Source: Callorhinchus milii
Taxonomy: Eukaryota
DNA length: 64,000 nucleotides
NCBI RefSeq assembly: GCF_018977255.1
Contig: NW_024704742.1
Location: forward strand, 40,922,001-40,986,000
Direction of reading: 5' to 3'
Part shown: positions 39,503 to 51,951 of the stretch, piece after piece
Layout: every line of letters begins with the position of its first letter
How positions within the stretch are numbered: the stretch's first letter is position 1
Notes under the pieces: model-generated
Database searches by the model: none
What the model saw: the letters and a program-made list of their open reading frames with translations, nothing else
Told to the model about the DNA's origin: nothing
Program-made: the position numbers and the translations under genes

Positions 39503-41239
39503 ATTAATAAGAGCACAATCTCCAATAGATCATTGGCACACCACAAGATTGGTTTGAATAAAGAAGGCCCTTCTGATCCAGAATAATAACCCTATGATCT
39601 CCCATCACAACACCAAGCTGCTTTTTAAATGAGTCCAGTATCCTGGCAACTTATTCCAGTCATTGATTACCCTCTGAGTAAAGAAATACTCTCTGATATC
39701 TGTCCTAAAATGACCTTTTACGCTCTTCTCTCAAGACTGAAGAGCCCTAGTTTGTCTAATCATTGCTCTTAGCTCATCCTTTCACACTAGGGATCATCGT
39801 CTTTGCTTCTCTCTACGCTGTCTCCAGCCCCCTTATGTCATGGTGATCAGAACTGTATGCAGTGTTCAAGGTGTGGTCTGACCAGTGCTCTTTACAGTCT
39901 GAGTATGACATCTGGGGATCTAAACTCAACTAATTTAGCAATATAGCCCAGCATCCGGTTTGTCTTGTTGATTGCTGTCTCTTACTATTTCAACATAGTG
40001 AGCGACAGGTCAACCAACATCTTGTGGTGAGATCTTGTTCAATGTATAGCAACACAATGCAAGAACTTCCCCTTCCGCCACGATAATAAAAGAACGCAGC
40101 TTCAAAGGAAACCACAGTCATTCTTAAAAGGAAAAAGAAAGATATCTATCCTCAGATAGAAATCTCTAAATTGTGAAACTGCTTCAGACCAATAGCAACA
40201 TTATCTGCAGGTATGGGATCGACTTCCATATGTAGAGACAACACCCAACTCTACCTTTCAGTTTCCATTATACATTTCCAACACCTGGTCCTGATAACTT
40301 TTCCCCAACTCAAAACTGACAAAACTAAGGCTATCCTGCTTGGTTACCAGGAGTACCTCATCCCATCAAGTGCTGACCATATTGACATTCCAAGTATGCT
40401 CATTCCAACTGACTAACTTGGTGTTTTGTTCAACCCACAATTGGCCTTTAAACTTTTTTATCTGGGCTCTAACCACTTTCAGTCTACTTTCCTCCATTTC
40501 CACGTTTCCCACCTCCAGCACTACCTCACCCCAATTTAACTAAACCTCACACACCCATGCCTTTCTCACCACCCTCAGATTCTCCAATGCCCTGCTTACC
40601 TGGTTCCACCCTTCACAAATCATTCCAAATCATTCAGAAGACCGCAGCCACTTTCTTTTCCACTTTGAGCTCTGCACATTGATCACTTCCACTCTCACTT
40701 GGCTCCCTAAACCCAGAATTATTTTATGAACCTTGTCCTTACCTTGTGACTTGCGTTACTCTGCTCCCCCAACTGCTCCCTTTGTTCAGCCAACATTACC
40801 CTGATTCATGCCCCCCTTCACTATCCCCACTCTGGAACTCTCCTTGACAGTCCTCTATCTCACCCATTCTCAAAACCTATCTATGACTATGTATTCAACC
40901 TCCTTCCTTCTAACTCCCCCCACATCTTAGACCCAATCTGTCTTTGTAAAGATGTTTGTTTGATACGTTGTCCCTATTTGAAAAGTGCTTTGTATAAATG
41001 TATGGATTGCAGTGTTCCCGAGGTTTTACCTTTTTGAAAGGTTGACTCAGAAGCCCAGCAAAGAGCATTGAAAACATCAATTCTAAAGCAAAACAGTCTC
41101 CTCCTATGTTATAATTTCTAAGGTGTGGATAAGGGTGTGAGGTAGGGAAAATATTCCTAGTGATAGATTGAACATGGGGTTTGAAATTTAGTTCAGGATG
41201 AACAGAATGCTGAAGCTGTGCACCACTGGGTTAATCTGA

Positions 41240-41620
41240 CTTCAAGATCCTCACCCTCGTATTCAAGTCCCTGCACTCCTCTGCAGCCCCTACCTCTCTG
41301 ACCTCCTCTCTCCTCAAAACAGCACCCGTTGTCTTTGTTCCTCCGGGTCTGGCCTCCTCCTTGTCCCCCGAGTCTTCCGCTCCACCCTCGGCGGCCGTGC
41401 CTTCAGCCACAGAGGCTGGGGATCTGCTTTCCTCACTCCCTTCGTCTCGCTCCCTCCCTTCCCATTTTCAGGTCTCTGCTGAAGACCTTTCTTTTCGACC
41501 ACGCCTTTGGTCACCTTCCCCCCCTTCCCCCCGGCTCGGTCCCAGGATCCGAAACTGTAAAGCACTCTGAGACGCCGTCTGGTGTGGAGAGCGCTATATA
41601 AATCCAAGTTGTTGTTGTTG
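41240..41620 (+). mobile_element. L2 3' end, different subfamily
   Basis: FKILTLVFKSLH...LKTFLFDHAFG; (TTG)n tail. Confidence 0.8.
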
Positions 41621-42345
41621 AGTGAGGAATAGAGTCAAAGACATGTTGAATGCTGGCAAGAGCATTGCAATTTGCATACAACTGATATTTCTGGCTATCA
41701 AAGTAGAAGAGAAAATGGTTTTGTTAAACTAGTATGATGATTATCTGCACAAATAGTTCAAAAGAGTTTATGGAAAATTCACCAAGAGTGATTAACCAGT
41801 GACAGGCCTGTGCATTGTTACCACAGTTTATTGGCACACTTAATTAATGGCAAAGCATACATAAAATACATCCGTATAATGACACAAAGACTCATTTCTA
41901 AGTTTCACACATTGTGCTGAACATTTATGTGAATCAAATAGTATCTGCTCTAAATGATCTGTTAGTCCCCTTACAAAAGCTTACATAAATACACAAGCAA
42001 AAGAGACCAGCAAAGGTTCTTGCAAACCTGAATATAAACGATAATCACTACCAATGTCCCATGATAGCAACTGATCAAACTTAGAAACAATTTAAAGAAA
42101 CCACAAAACATGTTCTACTAAGATGCCCACAAAATATAACGGGTTGCATGGCTTATAATACCAACTGTTTGTCAAAGCATTAAATATGAACTCACTAAAA
42201 TAAAGTAGAGGTTTTTAATATTTCAATACTGCCCAATGCAGACATTTTTAAACAAGAAACTCTCAGGTGCAGCCTGGAGAAAGAAGAAACGATAAGGGAA
42301 AAAGCACAAAATGTGTTTATAATAAAAAGATTTAAATGTTCTTGT

Positions 42346-42576
42346 TTATTGAGAGGCTTGAGGTGTGGCATTTTCTGATTTGGGCTCCTGACTGGATTGG
42401 GCTTTGCTGTTCCAGGGGCTGTTATTTCCCAAAGCGGGAGAGTTATTGAAATCTTCCTCATCGTCGATGCCGTTTGCTGCGTCGTACTGTGTGTTCTCTA
42501 ATCGAGTGATCAGCCGCTCGTCCTCATCCCCGAATTCTCCGCCCATCAATGTCGGTTCGCCCACCACCATGACATC
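42346..42576 (-). CDS. LDB2: LDB2 last coding exon, LIM-interaction domain (DVMVVGEPTLMGGEFGDEDERLITRLENTQYDAANG...PQASQ*)
   Basis: ORF 42346..42591; acceptor ttgttacag; canonical LID sequence; TAA stop. Confidence 0.96.
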   Translation of the reverse strand, partial: DVMVVGEPTLMGGEFGDEDERLITRLENTQYDAANGIDDEEDFNNSPALGNNSPWNSKAQSSQEPKSENATPQASQ

Positions 42577-43252
42577 CTGTAACAAGAACAAATAGTCCCA
42601 GGGTAAAACATTGCCAAGATTTCACGTCAATATCATTCACAGGAGAAAATGCAGACCAGTCCAAATAACTCGTGTCACAATGGATCTTAAACTGGTCCTG
42701 CAAGTATGGACTTGTGCACTGCACTATGCTGTCATATTGAGGACAGGTTGAACTAATAAAGGGTAAGGGGAAAGATCAAACCTCAACTAACTGGCTTATT
42801 GGCAATTTGGTGGACAGTCCTGTAGTTCATCATTAATCTTCAATCTAACCTCAACGAATCAGTTAAGTTCAGACCATTTTTAAAACTGATAAATGCTCTT
42901 TATCCTAACCCACGGTTTGTGTATTAACCAATTTATAAAAGAAACACTCCACCAGTATAACATCATCAATCAACTATGACTGCTCTCAGGTCAACAACTG
43001 AAGTTGTTTTTAGGAAATCACTTCTAAGAATCCAAAAGGAGTATTTCATTGTTGTTAGGAGCAACATTTTTCAGTGTTTAGTTTGAACATATCAGTTGTG
43101 TAAAGATTTAGACAGTTGTAAATACCGAGGGGCATTTTATACACCATGTATGTGAAGTGAATGAGTGGGGAGGGTCAGTTGTGGATTGTTCCAAGAGTTA
43201 ACAAATGAGCTGCAATAAATACAACAGGAAAGTAAAAGTAAATTGCACACAA

Positions 43253-43271
43253 TGGCCACTAGGTGGGGTCT
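43253..43271 (+). promoter_or_regulatory. Candidate CTCF site TGGCCACTAGGTGGGGTCT
   Basis: Close match to the CTCF core consensus; motif only. Confidence 0.45.
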
Positions 43272-43966
43272 ACGTGCTAACAGTTACAACTCATTTTAAC
43301 ATAAAAATACAAGAAACAATTCACTTTTACATTGGCTTATAAAGAACAAATGGTAGTGTATTTTCCATAGGTCAGTAGCACTTAGTGTGCCTCCCCATCA
43401 TTCTTCATATGTGTCTCTTCTCAAACTGTCAGCAGCAACAATTGTGAATAATTACTTAATTACAGAAGCAACAGCAGAAGATTATTAGCGAGCAATGTAA
43501 CGGAAAACCAGAGGCAATATTATTGCAGTAGCTGGACAGTGTGTCTAGATCCATCAGATGCTGCAATTATTGCAGCAGCTGATGGGTCCAAATGCAGCAG
43601 CAAAGTCATTGCTGACCAGTACACAGCAGGCTTTTGTTTCTCTGTTTGTCAAAAAACATGTGTTCCCAATCACTGATAAAATATGCGGAGAGATCCCGCA
43701 GATTACTGCACAATTCAATTTCTTTACCATAAATGAAGCTTAGGAGTGACAAAAAAGTGAATGTTTTAAGATTAACAGAGCTGTAGAGGCAAACATGTCA
43801 TTTCCAATACTTTGTTCAAAGTGTGCGAGTTGTGAGGACACAGTGTTATGTGGAGAGGGACAGAATGGATGGCACTTGGCATCACAATCCTGTGCTTGGT
43901 CATAGGGCCATAACGCACTGCCAACCAGCCATTAACATAAAATGTGTGAAATTTCCCATCATAGAA

Positions 43967-44190
43967 ACAACAGCAGCAACAAAATTACATTTATAGAGCG
44001 GCTTTCACGTTGGGAAGATGTCCCAAAGCGCTGAACAGTCAGGTGTCGGGGCCTGAGCATGGGGGAGGGGTGGTGTAGGGGTGAGGGAAGGCAGAGAGGT
44101 GGGAGGGAGATCAAAGGCACAGTCGAAGAGAAGGGTCTTGAGACTGGCCTTCAAGGAGGCAAGGGAGGAAGCGAGGCAAAGGGTTCCAGA
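43967..44190 (-). mobile_element. L2 3' end abutting a CR1 fragment
   Basis: Matches the 3' UTR and tail of the young L2 copies. Confidence 0.85.
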
Positions 44191-44790
44191 GTATGGTTAC
44201 TGACCCACCCGCCAGTGGAAATAGTTTCTCCTTGTTTACCCTATCGAATTCCCTCATAATTTTGAAAATTTCCATTAAGTCTCCTCTTAAACTTGTCTGC
44301 TCCAAGAAAAAATAATCCCAGCTTCTCTAGTCTCTTCTGGTAACTGAAGTCCCTCATTCCTGGTACCGTCCTGGTAAATCTCCTTTGCACCCTCTCCAAT
44401 GCCTTGACATTCTTCCTAAAGTGTGGTGCCCAGAACTGAACACAGTACTCTCGCTGAGGCCTAACCAATATTTTATAAAGGTTCATCATAACTTCCTGAC
44501 TTTTGTATTCTATGCAACTATTTATAAAGCCGAGTATCCTGTATGCTTTTTTTAAACAACTTTATCTACCTGTCCTGCCAGGTTCAAAGATTTACTTATA
44601 TGAACCCCCAGATCTCTCTGTTCCTTCACCCCTTTTGGACTGCATCATCAGCTTATATTGCCTCCCCCTCATTCTTTCTCCTAAAATGCATCAGTTCGCA
44701 TTTCTCCACATTAAACTTCATCTGCCACGTGTCTGCCCAATTTATCAGTCTGTCTAGGTCCATTTGCAGTCTGCTACTATCCTCCTCAAA
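44190..44790 (-). mobile_element. CR1 LINE fragment
   Basis: LYKILVRPQREYCVQFWAPHFRKNVKALERVQRRFTR. Confidence 0.9.
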
Positions 44791-46710
44791 GTTTACATTT
44801 AAATAGTTTTAAAACTATTTAAATGCAAACTTAATCCTTTCTAGTAAATTATCGGCATTTAAAATTCATGAGACAACATCAATGAATATTGATTTACTTT
44901 GCACGCTTAATGAGGACTCTTCATTGTGAATTCCATTTGCTAGACCTTTTGAGACTCCAAGTTGATTTCATTTCTGAATACAGCAGATGAATATTGCTAA
45001 CATTAATTTCAGGGGAAAAATATTGTTACAAGAAAATCCCACTCAAAAGTCTAATTCAAAGAGAAAAGTCATAATTTCCAGTCTGTCACAAAGAAAAAAA
45101 GCACAAAGTTTGGATAAATAAAAATAGAACTGAATCTTTTTAAAACAGTCAACCTTTTTGAGTTAATCTTCCAATGTTAACACAATTTCAGGGTGATATT
45201 AATAAATAAGCACTCAGTAGAGTTCTATTAGCCTATTGTTCAGAGATGGGTAACTCCCAGCCTTGACAAGCTGAACACAGTATAGTAATTTACTAAATTT
45301 ATCTCTTCACCTCCATCCTTCTTTGCTTTTGTTTTGTGGTCTCTTACAGAGTTGCCCCACTCCACAGGTGCATTTTACACATTTATACCATTCTTTTTGT
45401 TGGATAACATTTCCGTTTTGGGTGAGTGAAAAGTTCATTTGGTTAAATGCAAAAAGATAGCTGATTGACCGTAAGCCAAATGACTTTTGAAACATTTCCC
45501 AGCACTGTGTCCTTTTAACCAGAGATTGAATATCCTTTCAGAAATAGTTTACAATAGTGAGGGCCATACCATTAGACTAAATCATTTGTGGGTGACTTGC
45601 TGAAATCAACAGCGACAAATGAATAAAGATAAAGATGAAGAACAGAGGGCATTGCGTGTGCTTTCTATTTCTGATTTTTCTTCTTCTGAAACTTTAAATA
45701 ACCTATAAATTTAAAAAAATGAAATGGAAAAAATAGAATATTATATACCTGGGAGTATCTATTTATGGTGGGTATTATGATCGGTTGACTATGTTACAGT
45801 ATTTGAAGCCCTTTTCTTGAAGAGATGTGTCAAGATTTGAACACATTGATAAGCACTATGACTGACACCTTGACTCAATGTGCTTTGGTTCATTGTGGAA
45901 TAACCAAGATTGTTTTTTTTATAAAGAATGTTGTGAACTGATACTCATTACTTCTGAATTCCCATATGGATCAGAAACATTGATTCTCTCGCCCTCTACG
46001 CCCATCAAAGGGGTGACTCAGGTTGTTTTCACAGTGAAGAAGCATTACAGCCAAGCTCAAGCTTATGTTCACAGACATGTGCATAACTAGGGGGTAACTG
46101 GGCAGCGATCAGGAAAGGGAATTCTGAGGCCTCTGTAAAGTCCAGCCGCTGCTCTGGCTAAGATCAATTAACTATGCTGAGACCGAGCATTAATCTTGGG
46201 AATTTGATCTCTGATCTGGGACACTGCCCTGCGTGAGAGGCGGTACATAAATGCAACTTGTTGTTATTGTTGATCTGTAAGGTTCAATTTCACACCACTA
46301 CTGGCATGGCCAACAGTGCTATTGGAGGAAGTTATCTCCATTTCCCTACTATCAGATAAGTAATCATTAGATAGATCCTAAATCTATTCCTCTGCCTTTA
46401 CTGGACTAACATAAGAAGTGCAATGAAGTATAAACTTTCCAAGTATAGATTGCTGAATTGAAAACTACTTTCTAGCAGTTATTTTTCAGGAATGTTTTTA
46501 ATGCTGCAAAACAGACACAGGATTTCCCGATCAGTCACTCTCCTGCCTTTATATTTTCTTATATTTTCTTCACCATCTATATATCTCTCGTCATTTTAAT
46601 GATCTAGAAAGTTCCTTCCCCCTGCCTCCATTATTTTTTCAAAAAGACTGTTCATCTCTATGAGCCTCTCAGAGAGCTATCTACCCATCTAACTTAGCAT
46701 TCTCATCATA

Positions 46711-47088
46711 TAATAATCCTTTTATTTGATGTAGCTCCTTATCACGTCTTTGAGACATCTCAAAGACTATATAGAATATACACAGAATATACTGTAAAGT
46801 GAATTTACTGTATATATTTGTGGGCGAAATGCAGCAGCCAAATTGCACACAGCAATGTCTCACACAGTCGTGGATTGAACGGACCAATTTATTATTATTT
46901 TTTTCGAAGGAATTACTACCTCCGGAAAAGTAATCCACCAATCGACTAACAACTGGGTTCCTACTTACTGCTAGGTAAACAGAGGAGTGGAGTAAGGAAA
47001 CTTGCCCACATTTCGCCCTGTCAGAAATCAAACCCAGGTCTCTCACTTGTGAGGCGAGTGCTCTAACCACTGAGCTACAGCACTCCAC
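46711..47088 (-). mobile_element. tRNA-derived SINE, longer subfamily
   Basis: Full head plus the extra internal segment. Confidence 0.85.
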
Positions 47089-49724
47089 ATATAATATTAC
47101 GAGAAATACTCTCATCCAAGTTAAAATTTCTGTCAACTCACAGGAACTCTGCTCCAGTTCCTGTGAGTCATTATTACATAATAATATTACATGCAATGTT
47201 ATAATAATATGTAATCATGATGTTATGACGCATTACATATTACATGATCATATTACTACATAATCCTAATTGTTCGCCTACAAATACACAGTCATTAGAC
47301 TTTACAGCAAATTCTGTGAAGCCCTTTGAAACGTGAAAAGCGTTATATCAAATGTAAGGACAATTATTATTGTTGAAAAGAGGTTGGATTTAAGGTGGAA
47401 TATAACGATAATAATCCTTATGTTTGGTTTAGCATCTTTCCCATCAGGAAAATATCCCAAAGATCTTCACAGGATATACTGTAAAGTGGAGTGAATATGG
47501 GCGAAGAGAGAAAGAGAGGGTACAAAACAAAGTAGTAGAGGGTGGGAGATTCAGAGGTTAGAGGGATAGGAACTGAAGACTTGGTCACTAATGGGGTGGC
47601 CCAAGGAGAGCAGGGACACGCAGCGAGCATGAGTTAGGTGAGTGGAGGGTGCGAGCGAAGGGAGAAGATTGGAGAGGTAAGGAGGTATTCTGAAGGATAA
47701 GTAAAGAAAACACACTGGCCATTATATACTGCACTGGGAAGGGGGAGAAGAGGAAATTATTGAGCTTCTGAACTGCTATAAGAGACTAGGAGTGAGTCTT
47801 GGCGGCTCTCTATGATAATAATTAATTGTAGAAACAGGTTTGCTTATGTAAGCCACAGCGTGTCCCATGGAACATCTCAATGCTCCAGCCACCACTGCTG
47901 CAATGTTTGTTCTACTGTTTGATCACTGTAATTAATTTAGATTTTTTTAAAAAGTGAGATAACAGCGTACATACTGATGAGATAATTTGCAAAGGTAATT
48001 AAGTAATTAGGGAAAACCCGCTGATTGCCAACAAGTCCTACATTTGCCATCTGTTACTAAGGAGCCTGCCACCTATAAACATGTTGGAACCGTACCACAA
48101 TCTGTGCAGAAAATGTTGAAGTCTGGCCAGCTGTTGCAGCAAGCTGAATGTTAGCAAAATAGCAAGACAGACGCTGTTAATTACCAGTACACTGAGGAAT
48201 ATCCCCACTCATCTCATTAACAGAGAGTGGGGGAAAAAGCTTGTGGCTGTGGGAAAGCAATTGCGGCACCTAATAAGGAATACACACAGAAATTGGTTCA
48301 CTCCCAAAACAAGATTAAGTCAACACAACATTGTTTTAAAGGGTGGAACGCAGAAAGATAAACAAGAACATTGTAAAGGTTCGTTAAACTCAATCATACC
48401 ACTTGGCACCTGAACCAAACCGTTTACACCCATTCCACAACCCCGCAGCGGCAGAAGCACTTTGTTTCCCTGAGTCTCGCCATGTGGCTAATTTACAAGA
48501 TTTGCAATCAAGAAGAAGTCAGCAGTATTTATTGATTTCAAAACACAATAGGTTAAAAGTCCTTAATTCGTATATTCATTAATGACTAGTCAGCGTGGAA
48601 TGAAAAAAATGTGTCAGTAGTCAAAATGTTGCTACTTTCTGAAGATTTCTTTATCATTTTCACATTCAGGTTTAACATGCTGGAAAATTAGCAATTGAAG
48701 CGAGTAGTAGTAATAGTAATTTCTGCAGGTAACCAGAAGTGGGTCATGCTGACTAACTTGAACACTGCAATTTACTTCCAGGTCCTTCAGAGTGGAGTTG
48801 CAATGGATTGGCATGATGCACTTCAGGTTACCAGCTGTTAAAACTCAGAATTATTGTTACCAACTGGTACATACTAGACTCCCATTAGATATACACAATA
48901 TTACTGTACAGTATGTAGGAAACAGAAAGCAAATGCAGATCAATAGGTTCAGATGCACAAAGGCAGCAAGAGAAGAGGTCACAGATGAAGAGCAAGCTTA
49001 GGTCAGGAAGTATTTTATTTACATAAAGTAATCAACAGCTGGAATGTGTTACCATGAAGGGTGATAGAGGCCTGGGCACTGGATTCACTGAAGAAAAATC
49101 ATGATGCTTAGCAAGATGGAAGAGCTGATGTTCTTGAAGAATGAGTCCGAATGGGTTGAACGTCTGAACCTGTCTTATGATCTGTTTTTGCCACAAAACA
49201 TCCGCCCCCCTCCTACTCATATATAACAACTAATTTTAAAAAAATCTGTTCAGATAAGATACATACTGCATTGACAAGAGGGTTGGCTTTAAGGCCAGAT
49301 CTGAATATGATGGAGCATATTCCAATTTTACCCTATAAACTATATGTTATGAGGATGAAGGGACTCAGGCTCAGCTGTTCAGCTGCACCCCAATCCTTGT
49401 TAACTGCTCCTTGTGAGGTCAATCGTAAGTGTAAAAGATTCACCTTTCAATTCCATAAATCTGCAAATTGGTACATAGGCTGGACAAGTAAAGTTTACAC
49501 CCACGTAAAAAACATTTCGAGTGAACCACACATTCATGCCTGTGATGCTACAAATGATACTTTGGTTTTCTTGCCATTATGGGACATACATAGTCATCTG
49601 CAAAGTTTTAAATTGAGAATTCTATTCCATTCAATGCAACAAATCATGCAAAAAAATGATAGTTAACAGTTTATACTTGCATATCTGTAACCTCCCCACC
49701 ACCCCACCCACCTAACATCCAATA

Positions 49725-50243
49725 CAGTCAAACCTCTTTTCAGCAATCACAGAGGGGACTGAACCAAAGTGGCCTTTATGTAAGGATGGCCTCTGAGTAA
49801 GGGTTCACAGGTACGTTGACTGGGCCCGAAATTAAAAAAATTTTTGCAGTCCAAAAATTCCTGTTGGTCCACGTTTAGAGTCCCACCAGACTCCTAGAGC
49901 ACTTACCAACCCCGCCTCACCAGTGAGACAGGAAAATTTGGGCAACACATGCGCTGCTTAGTACGGCATTGGTAAATGTGCTAGGAGTCTCGCAGGAGTC
50001 TATACACGAGCCCGCGGAAATTGGTAACGCATTACCAGTAAGTACACTTAAATTCAGTTAGAACTGGCCACTGAAAAGTATGTTTATCACTGACAGGGTT
50101 AAAAAACACAACCACTGATTGCGTTAGTCTGGTAGTTGCTGAATAGTTTTTTTTAAATGGAAAATCGGTCTGGAATGTTCCAGGGTGGTTGTTGATGGCA
50201 GATGGTTGCTGAATAGAGGTGGTTGCTTTAAAAGGTTTGACTG
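49725..50243. mobile_element. Tc1/mariner-pogo-like MITE
   Basis: TIRs CAGTCAAACCT / AGGTTTGACTG, TA on the left, repeated subterminal GTTGCTGAATAG motifs. Confidence 0.6.
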
Positions 50244-51951
50244 GAGTTACCCAAGCTAGCTTCTGTGCTCCTAGGACTGCTTTTTAATAAGATATTAAAA
50301 TTTTCGCAGAGGTTAGCCCTGTCCATGTGGTCTAGCTCTCTGGAAGGAATAGGGAGTTCTCCTACATATCCAATAATGCTCTTCTAAATCCATGTGCTAG
50401 ATACAGTGTCTTGGGATACCCAGAAACCAGAAATTCCAAGTCTTAGTCTATAACAGTGCCATGGAATTTTTGCCGTCCACCTGAATAGACAGGCTTGGCT
50501 TAATGTCTTATCTGAAGAATGGTTATAAACAAAAAGGTATAGAAAAAGGGCCATTTCGATTGAAAAAGTGCTGCGTGGAAAAGTTGTTGCTTTACGGGTG
50601 CCTTGCATCCAGATACAAGCGACATAAACTACAACTCCAGCAAGGAAACCCAGTTATTTTGACATTAACTCACAAGGCAATCTCGGATCAGAGCAGAGTA
50701 CTAGCCAGCATGAGGCACCGTGATGGTATTGCTTTCCTGAGGGATGTTTTTTCAACCCCAATCCAGAGATGGAAAGAAAAGCTGCAAATGTAGCAAATTT
50801 AAAATAAAATGAGAAGATTCTGGAAATGCGGGTCAGCCAGACCCTGAAAGAGAAAGCTGGATAAATGTTTTTTAAAGTCTTAAAGTCTTATCCTTCTGAA
50901 GTCTTAATGACTATCCTCCTTGGAGGAGGGGGGGGGGGGGGAGGGGAGAGAAGGCTCCTTAGAGCTGAACTGGCTCCAAGGACTTTCAGAATCAAGCGTA
51001 CCCTCTATGGTTTCGGTCATCCAGTTCCTGAGTCAGACGGATCCGCAGTATTCCAGGGCACTGCTGAGCCAGTCTGGCTCAATGGCAAAAAATGGAACAG
51101 TAGACCAGTCACTGGGGCAGGGATTCTTCTCACTCAGCTCCGATTAATCCTGCAAGGCAAAGGCCTAACGGGTATGGTAATCCAGGCTGGATAAATAGCG
51201 GAAAGCTTGCCAGATAGTGCTTTCAATGGCAAGCTATGTGGTTTTAGCTGGTTCGACTCCAGCAGTACCCCGATGTACACTCTGGGTCTAATACTTTATG
51301 GAATTAGATAAGCAAGCTGCATCCCTCCAGGGACAGAGAGCACATTCCCTTCCAATAAATATCTAGAGGATTTCCATGTATAGGTGGGATGTATGGAACT
51401 CGCAGTTTGGTTACATACTCTTAAGCATGGTGCTTGGTCTCTGCATGTGTCAGACATCCGGATCTCTATGTTTTTGGTCTGACCAAAGAAATAGAGTTTT
51501 GAATAAGGACTCGTGTGAAACATTAATTTATCTTTCTCTTTCAGATGCCGATGGACCTGTTGTATATCTCCAATGCTTTATCTCCCAAAAGCAAACTGAA
51601 TGAATACTAAGAGTTATGCATTCACTTTCTTCATATATAAATAGCTATTGTCTTAAACTTTCATTCATTCAGACGCTTATGGTAACAAACTAAAGAAACA
51701 GAAGCTCTGGACCACTATGATAGGATTTTTCACCACCGATAACCAGTTTCGCTGAGGCATGTTTGTTATGTGGTTCAGTTACCGGTTGTGAAATAAATAC
51801 GGTCACAAAAGTCCTGAGTGAGCACTCCAGCTATACCATCGTTTTAACTCATTATGTCCAAAAAGTATACATGTTTTATAAACGAAGTTTATTTTTCTCT
51901 CTCTCTCGTTCTCTATTTTATTTTCCCCCTCCGTGTTTTTCGGGGATTTAC

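Noticed and set aside
41827..41832. AATAAA on the minus strand ~520 nt after the LDB2 stop
   Set aside because: Plausible poly(A) signal but cannot be distinguished from chance without 3'-end data
43967..44790. Apparent CR1-L2 chimeric retroelement
   Set aside because: Single instance; nested insertion or deletion is the simpler explanation
50922..50950. G-run with G-quadruplex potential and the 109-aa ORF spanning it
   Set aside because: Homopolymer within degenerate repeats; ORF has no recognisable homology
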